A stretch of DNA of 64,000 nt from Naegleria gruberi. Lineage: Eukaryota. How positions within the stretch are numbered: the stretch's first letter is position 1; each line of letters starts with the position of its first letter. Location of the stretch: NCBI GenBank assembly GCA_000004985.1, contig GG738925.1; one strand, given 5' to 3'. A model generated the notes under the pieces. It had not been told where the DNA came from and did not search any database. It saw only the letters and a program-made list of their open reading frames with translations. Below, in pieces: positions 57,019 to 64,000 of the stretch. The translations under genes and the position numbers were made by a program.

Positions 57019-58503
57019 TTATTGAACGTATGGACAATTGCAACTAATGTTCTTTCCACTTACAACTGGCATGCAACCTGAACAAACATACATTGCAGAA
57101 GCTGAATATCTAGTTCTTACACTATTTTGGAAAATCACTTGAATGCATTGATTTTTACCAGTAGTTGACAAGGCAGATATTTCACTCAATGGCCAAGTGA
57201 CAGCTCCAGGAGTAATCTTACATGTATTACTGACCTCATTATCACAAAATCCACGATTGAAATCAAAAAAAAAAGTTCCATCCATATTTCTGTGAATGAC
57301 AGGTTGCATTCCAACAACAAAATCAGCAACCAACAAGGTACGTCCAAAGACAGCTACTACAATTTGATCATCAGTGATTGTTCCTGATTGACCTTTTGAG
57401 AGACTGATTGAAGAACCAAATTTTTGTAATTGATTGGTACGAATATCCATTTTGTAAGCTGTGAAAGTTTGAGGATTATTTGCTTCGGCTTCTCTCTTGG
57501 CATTGAAAGCATTGATTAAATTTTGAACATTTCTTGATCTAGTTTGCAAGTAACTTTCGTATACTTTTTTCATATTTGCTTGTTTAGGTCCATCTGGGAA
57601 AGCTCTCCAAATTGGAATGGTTTCCAATCGAACAGGGACTGGATTCATTGCAAAAGTTGCAGTTCTTTGGTGAATATTGGAAATTTGAGGATTTCCACCC
57701 ACAATGTCCAATTGTGAAACTTTGTGATATCTAACGTAACCATTTGGAAGTTTGGACACATCTGAGGATCCATCAATTGAATACTGTAATTCTTGAGAAA
57801 TGTATTGCATCATTTGTGGATCATTGAAACAAGATCTAATGGAAACAGTCATGTCAACAATTCCTCCATACTTGATACTGGTGGCAATAGAATCACCAAA
57901 TGAGGTTAAAACAAGATTGTACATATCCCAATCCATTTGTTCTGGCAAAATGTCAATAATTTGTTGGAATTCGTCTGTCACTCTAATATCAGGTGCATTA
58001 ACTGAATGAGTGAAAAATTGCTTTTGAGAATCTACAATATACAATTCTCCTTCAAAATATTTGGAAAATATCAAATCAATTCCAGCATTTGAATGACTAT
58101 ACAATCCATTAAATACTGATTGACCATCACTTGGATTGACCATTGAGAAGTATTCACTTGCTGTTGTCATTGTCTTTGTAAAACTCAGGTCAGAAACCCA
58201 AGAACTAGCAGGACCTGACTTGAGAACTTGTGGTTTAATTGAGAAATCTTCTCTACTGTAACCAACGCCAGCAATAATCAAATTATCCATCAATGCTCTG
58301 CTGGTCATATTTCTTGAACCACCAGCTGCATTGAGTGATCTCGCATTGGATCGACATTCAAATCCTCGCATATTAATAAAACATCTATTCTCCATCTTTC
58401 CTATTTGTTGAGACAATTTTGCATTAAAATTTGGAAAGGCCCTTAATTTATCGACACTGTGTGCCTTAACAAATAGAAATATATCTATGATGATGATGAT
58501 CAA
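57019..58503 (-). CDS. Hypothetical protein, possibly MACPF-like pore-forming domain
   Basis: 494-aa ORF. The segment LVLTSFGDSIATSIKYGGIVDM resembles the MACPF signature (Y/F-G-T/S-H-F-x6-G-G), and there are C-terminal Cys pairs. The assignment is weak. Confidence 0.4.
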   Translation of the reverse strand: MIIIIIDIFLFVKAHSVDKLRAFPNFNAKLSQQIGKMENRCFINMRGFECRSNARSLNAAGGSRNMTSRALMDNLIIAGVGYSREDFSIKPQVLKSGPASSWVSDLSFTKTMTTASEYFSMVNPSDGQSVFNGLYSHSNAGIDLIFSKYFEGELYIVDSQKQFFTHSVNAPDIRVTDEFQQIIDILPEQMDWDMYNLVLTSFGDSIATSIKYGGIVDMTVSIRSCFNDPQMMQYISQELQYSIDGSSDVSKLPNGYVRYHKVSQLDIVGGNPQISNIHQRTATFAMNPVPVRLETIPIWRAFPDGPKQANMKKVYESYLQTRSRNVQNLINAFNAKREAEANNPQTFTAYKMDIRTNQLQKFGSSISLSKGQSGTITDDQIVVAVFGRTLLVADFVVGMQPVIHRNMDGTFFFDFNRGFCDNEVSNTCKITPGAVTWPLSEISALSTTGKNQCIQVIFQNSVRTRYSASAMYVCSGCMPVVSGKNISCNCPYVQ

Positions 58504-58770
58504 TTACATGACTATGGAATAGAGAAAGGTTGAAAATTCCAGCAAATATCACCAATAAAATCAACCGCCTTACTATTTGATACATTTTTTTAAGGTGTGA
58601 GATAATGCTCCGCTCCTGAAAATAATTCACTGTAATTGAGTTGTACTATTGGATGAATGTTGGTTACATTCCAAAGAGTAAGATAATGTGTTCGATTACA
58701 GATTGTATGAGATAATGAGGTACTGAACTAGTAATTTAATATTATCTACAATTAATATGGATGAAAATAT

Positions 58771-59997
58771 TTACATGTTGATGACAATTTTACCAACTGT
58801 TCTTTGAGATGCCATCAAATCGTCTGCTTTCTGTTTTTGAAAATTGAATAAATATTTAAATTAAATAATTAACAAACTTACCTGATAATCTTCCAAAGAA
58901 AAGCTAGTGATAGGAATCTTTTCAAATATTGGACTGAATTGTTCACTTGCTAGGAATTTCATAATTCTTGGATTATCTGGACTTGTGGAGAAGAAGAAAT
59001 AATATGGATTCTGAGCTGACCACCAACTCTTGAACTTATTCTTGAGAATATACCACACAATGGCAGGAACAGTTGAATAGGACAACTCGAGTGGTCCTGG
59101 TGGAGCAATAGCTACATGATAGGTTCTTCTTCCATCATCTGTACAACATTTCAAGTGTCTTGTCAAATCATCGTAATAATAATATCCTCCAACACAATCC
59201 ATAACCATATCCACAAAATCAATCTTGAAATCCTTTTTAAGAGTTTGGAAAATACTCAATTTTTCATCACCTGAATGAAAGGTATTGTTTCCAAATGCTG
59301 CACTTGTCTTAGTATAGTCAATTACTCCATCAGCACCGAGTTGCTCTCTGGCAAATGTGGAATTCCTTTCAGAGCAAACAGCAATTACCTTGGTATTGAA
59401 ATATCTCGATAAAAAGTTCTTGGCAAACAGCACAGCCATACATCCTGTTCCTGAACTTGCTCCAATCACAACAATGGTCAATGATTTCTTTTCTGATTCC
59501 TCATATTCTGGTGTTAATTCTTGACCAAGTGAAACTCTATCTGCCTCTCTTTCAATAATTGGCAAAATCCAATCATGTGATCTACACATCTCCACAATCG
59601 TCATTCCAATGCCTGGTATTATCGAAGCATGATCAAAATCCAAAGATTTAGGTTTTAACACCACTTCCTTTTCCTTAAAAACTGCAAACTCAGCATAGGC
59701 TCCAGTTTTAATCAAATCTCCAAATACTCCAACCACTTCATCTCCAACCTGAATTGAATTTACCTTCTCTCCAACTCTCTCCACCACACCACTTCCTTCC
59801 TTTCCCAAAATACATGGAAATTGCATGGAAATGAAACTCTTAGCTGCTCCACTTCTCATTGTATAATCACCACGATTCATTGAGGCTGATTTTAATCGAA
59901 CCATTACTTGATCACTCTTCGGATCAAAGGCTGGCAAATCCCAGTCCAATTTTAATTCGGAAGGTTTGGCATAGTCTGTGATGATTTGTGCTTTCAT
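58771..59997 (-). CDS. Medium-chain dehydrogenase/reductase (zinc-ADH / quinone oxidoreductase-like), 2 exons
   Basis: Exon 1 is 59997..58892 (MKAQIITDYAKPSELK...GDEVVGV...IGASSGTGCMAV...). A gtaagt donor follows. The intron is about 58891..58832. Exon 2 encodes KADDLMASQRTVGKIVINM, with the stop at 58771..58773. Confidence 0.75.
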
Positions 59998-60245
59998 TTT
60001 TTTTATTTGGAGGAAACTGAAAATTTGGAAAATGTTTGAATTTAAAGTGAGATGCGTACGTATTAAATTTTGATTGTAATTTGGCAATGAATTAGTACGT
60101 ACGTAGACATGTGTTTTTCTTTTAATCATATCTTGCACGAGGAATGGATTGCACCAAGAACACATCCAACAACATACTGTATGGCTGGGTCAATCCAATC
60201 ACTCTTAGCAATGGAGAATACAATCTTAATATTACAATAGTGTCT

Positions 60246-62918
60246 TTATTGAAGAGTGGAGAGACGATCCAAAATTTCATCAAGTGTGATTCTGTCAGCA
60301 GTGTTTAATCTGAGCATTGAAATTACCAATTCAACGAGTCCTGTAGAGTATGGATAGTGTTGATTCTTGATAATGCTTGATCTGAGATGATTCATTACCT
60401 TTTCTTCATTACCATACTTCATAATGAGACCATTAATCATGGTGACAGTATCAAAAGTAAGGAGTTGGTAACACGTTACACCCAAAGCAAAAATGTCAGC
60501 AGAAGCAAACATGGCAGTATTTTCTTCCAATTCTTCAGAAATGTCCAAAAGTTCTGGTGGAATGAATTGAAGAGAACCAGCTTGTTGAATATCACTTGCA
60601 GAATCACTGACTGATTTGGATAAACGGAATCCAATTAAAACAGTGTCAATATTTTCAGAAGGATCCCATTCTCTCAGTAAAATATTATGTGGTTTGATGT
60701 TTCTGTGAACAATCTTGTGTTTGTTCATGTATTGGAGGGTACCAATGATTTGAGAAATAAACTTCTTAATGACTGCTTCTTTCAAAACAACTTTTTGTTT
60801 GATAAGGCTCTCAAGACTTCCCTTGTCGTAGTAATCCATTTCCACACAGAGCGTACTCTTGTTTGTAAGATCGTTTGAGTTTTGGTTATTCTCTGGAATT
60901 TTGCATTTCAAAACAGCAACATCTCTAACACCAATAATATGGTCTTGTCTTAATTTGATTAAATTCATGGCAGATTTGAGAGACTTGTTGAGAGCTTCGG
61001 TACTAAAGAAATCTACCAATTTTACAGCAATTACTGGAGGATCATCTTTTCCTCTATTAAATTTCTTTGCCTTGTATACATATCCGTTAGTTCCCTTGCC
61101 TAAAAGTTGCATCTTTCTATATCTTTCCTTCAAAATCATTTCCAAAGATTTTGGTTCTTCTGGATCAAAGTCATGTTCTCTATTCTCATCACCAACATAA
61201 TGAACCGCCATAGAATCAGAAGATGTAATTGGTGGTGAGCCTGCATCAAAGTTAGGAACTGGAATTGGAGAGTCTTCAGGAGGAGATGTTTCAGAAGAAA
61301 CTGGTGAAACTTGGGAAGGTTGTGGAATGCAATCTAGAACATCAACTGGAGTAGAAATCACAGTTGGAGAAGGAGTAAAGGTTGATTCAGTTACTCTAGG
61401 AACTGATGGAGAATGCGGTCTATTATTGATTGATGGAGGATATTGAGGAGGTAAAGTACTAGACACGCTATTATAGAGTGGTGGAGCAGTTGATTGCCCA
61501 AATGGTTGTGTTTGAAGGAAATAGTTTGGTGGTGGTGGTTGAATAGGTTGATAGGTTTGAGGTTGCGCATTTGAGAGTATTGGTTGATAGATAGATTGAG
61601 CTTGTTGGAATGTGTAAGAAGGAGGAGGTTGATTAAGAGTTGGTTGGTTAATAATCAAATTGCCTTGGTATGAAGGAGGTGAAACAATTTGAGGTTGAGG
61701 CACATTCCCATATACAAGTGCATTCAAATCAATTCCGTTATGTTTGACTCTTTCTTCGCAGGTCAATCCAAATTCATCTCTTATATACATATTTGCTCCA
61801 TTTTTGATTAATGTCTTGACAACATTCCAGTGTTTGCATTGAATAGCAACTTGAAGAGAATTCATGTTGCGATCCATAACTTTCAAATCAACTTGAGCTC
61901 CATGTTTTATCAACCATTCAACTGCCTCTGGATTGTTATGTTTAGATAATACATAGAGTGGTGTTTCACGTTCTTGATTCAAACAATCCACAATGAGAAT
62001 GTTATGTTTAAGATTCTTAGTAATAAGATAATTAGCTCTTTCAAAATTCCTTATACGGAGAGCATTAATAAATTTTTCAACTTGAGTAGCAATTACTTGA
62101 TTAACAATAATGTCCATGCTTGGATTTGTTGGAATGGTAACTGTTTTTGGCTTGGCACCCATTCTAATGAGATAGGAAGCAAATGGAATAAGATTTCTTT
62201 CCATACAATATTGTAAAATACTTCTTCCATAAATTATTCCATTAGTATTGCCTCCTCTTCTAATGAGGAATTTCAACATTTTCATATTTACAGAATCTAC
62301 AGCTACACCAAGAGCAGTCTAATTTCCGTTTTATCCATTATTGTAAATTAAAATTCATTTCAATCACCATTAAAATCTTCATATTAGAATTTTAAATACT
62401 TACGCACTAATCATCAATTAATTTATCAGTTAAATTATAAAGAAATATGAAAATTTACTTACTCCACTAGTATCACAATCATTTATTCCGGCTTCTCTGT
62501 TATTGATCATGGCTTCAACCATTTCATAATTTCCCTCCCGAACCATCTTTAAAAGCAAGCTAATCTTTCCATTGTTACCTTGTTGATAATTATTGTTAGC
62601 ACAATTACTAGTATTACTACTCGTATTCATACCACTCGAATTATTATTAATATTATTAATATTATTATTATAATTATTATTGCTACCCGGAAGAGAAGCT
62701 TGTCCAGATCCACCCGATCCCATCGCCATGCCCATCGAAGCAACCATAAAGGACGAAGATGACAATGGACTCGTTGTCGTAGTGGTTGTTGTTGTTAGTA
62801 GTGGTGAGGAGGGTTTTTCATCAGCACCTCCTCCTGCTAAATCATCTTGTTGTTTTCCACCATCATCATTGCTCGAACTGGAGAGTTTCATTTTTTGTCG
62901 TAGTGTTTGAAAGACCAT
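60246..62918 (-). CDS. Ankyrin-repeat protein kinase-like protein with degenerate catalytic motifs (predicted pseudokinase), 2 exons
   Basis: Exon 1 is 62918..62463 (low-complexity N-terminus, first ANK). A gtaagt donor follows. The intron is 62462..62319. Exon 2 is 62318..60246. It has about 5 ankyrin repeats (GxTALhxAV..G), a P/Q-rich linker and a kinase fold. The Gly loop LGKGTNGYVY and AVK lysine are present. The catalytic loop HRD is replaced by VHRNIKPHNILL. DFG is replaced by LIGFRLSK. APE is replaced by PPELLD. Confidence 0.75.
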
Positions 62919-63557
62919 CGTGATGCAAAGTTCATGTGTTGTTGTAGTTGATTGTCTATTGTTGTTGTTGGTGATGAAAGTTGTTTGGTTAAAGAAAGTT
63001 TGGAGGGGTTGGTGTTGATCTTCCGAAAGAAGCTGAAAACGAAAGACTATTTTTTTTGTTTTTTGGCCAAGTCACTTGCCAAATAGAAGGCACATGTGAA
63101 AGGTGAATTAATTTTGGTATTTGTTGTGAATATGGGAGTGGATTTGATTGGTTGGACAGAAAGTTTGTGAATATCTATGAACAACAAGTTCATTTATTAC
63201 AATAAAAACTTGATCAAGCAACAGACTTGGTTGTATCCTATTGTGTGATTTTCTCAGAAATTACGAACGCGCAAAGAAATCTCAATCCAACTTAATGACA
63301 TAATTCAAATAGAACCAATAATGTTACCTATTCTCAACTTGCATCGTTTTCCAATTATCAATCCTATTCTGAAATATTAGAAAAGCTCCCAATTACCGTT
63401 GATAATTACAGAGAAGTATTACTTCATAGTAGTTGTCCTGGAATCCCAAAATTAAAAAAGATTGTAAACAGTCTTTTTAGATAAATTCCATTATTGTAAC
63501 TCAATCAATTTGTAATAGCACAACATCTATCCAATGATAATCCGAATTGTACTAACT

Positions 63558-64000
63558 GATCAAAAAAATGTCTCTTGAAAATCAAATAATACTTGTAGCA
63601 GGAGGTGCAGGGGTTGTGGGAAGTGGTATAGTAAAAAAGTGTCTTCAAGCAGGTGCAAGAGTTATTGTTCCTTCCCGTAGTGAAGCTCGTCTCTCTCAAT
63701 TGGAGAAAGAAATTGAAAAAGTGAATAATGGTTGGACAGAAAGGTTGGTGCCAATGTTCCAAGACAATTATGAATTGGATTGTGAAAAGGCAGTGGAGGA
63801 TACTAGGAATGAGATATTGAAAAAGTATGGCAGAATTGATCATGTGATTTCCTCGTTGGGTTGTTGGTGGGAGAAGAGCTATCCAACAGATACATCCATT
63901 TCCGATTTCAGACAAGTATTGGACAGCTTTCTTACCAGTAATTTGATATATGCTAAATACTTTCTGGGTTGTGTTAAAAGCTATACGATTATTACTGATA
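63558..64000 (+). CDS. NAD(P)-binding Rossmann-fold dehydrogenase (SDR/NmrA-like), 5' partial (runs off window)
   Basis: The ATG is at 63558. MSLENQIILVAGGAGVVGSGIVKKCLQAGARVIVPSRSEARLSQLEKE...GRIDHVISSLG has the TGxxGxxG Rossmann motif. It is open to the end of the window. Confidence 0.5.

Noticed and set aside
63505-63915. 136-aa minus-strand ORF
   Set aside because: It overlaps a plus-strand open frame with a clear Rossmann GxGxxG motif starting at 63558. The minus ORF is the antisense artefact.

Overview
This is a gene-dense, AT-rich (roughly one-third G+C by eye) eukaryotic nuclear segment, not prokaryotic. ORFs are long under the standard code, and many genes are interrupted by very short introns of 40-280 bp with gtaagt/gtatgt donors and AG acceptors. 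I can support about 35 protein-coding genes. The clearest are an intronless beta-tubulin, a cathepsin B-like cysteine protease with a truncated tandem paralog fragment beside it, a stefin/cystatin, a secreted patatin-like phospholipase and two short-chain dehydrogenases. Others are an MDR-type dehydrogenase, a base-exchange phosphatidylserine synthase, an EAF-like factor, a GMF/ADF-H protein, a Sec14/CRAL-TRIO protein, an F-box/LRR protein and several BTB proteins. There are two Zn2Cys6 zinc-cluster transcription factors whose cluster is split by an intron, a CutA1 ORF fused in frame to a TFIIS-type zinc ribbon, and an ankyrin-repeat protein kinase with degenerate catalytic motifs. Many low-complexity proteins are rich in poly-N, poly-Q or Ser/Lys/acidic residues. 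A 3.6-kb stretch holds a Pol III cluster: two near-identical dispersed 5S rRNA genes with T-run terminators, a 5S-like fragment and a tRNA-Asp(GUC). These flank a two-unit ubiquitin gene whose repeats are unusually divergent (about 80-85% identical to canonical ubiquitin). The most striking element is a full-length non-LTR retrotransposon of about 5.4 kb. It has an ORF1, an ORF2 with APE endonuclease, reverse transcriptase, RNase H and a C-terminal Cys motif, and perfect 16-bp target-site duplications, and it sits within 1 bp of the start codon of a host gene. The gene content looks like an amoebozoan (dictyostelid-like) or an early-diverging fungus rather than a Dikarya yeast: cathepsin B, base-exchange PS synthase, T1-type BTB, Zn2Cys6, poly-N/Q and an amoebozoan/S. 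pombe-like 5S. This taxonomic call is inference only. I saw no CRISPR arrays, operons or prokaryotic defence systems.
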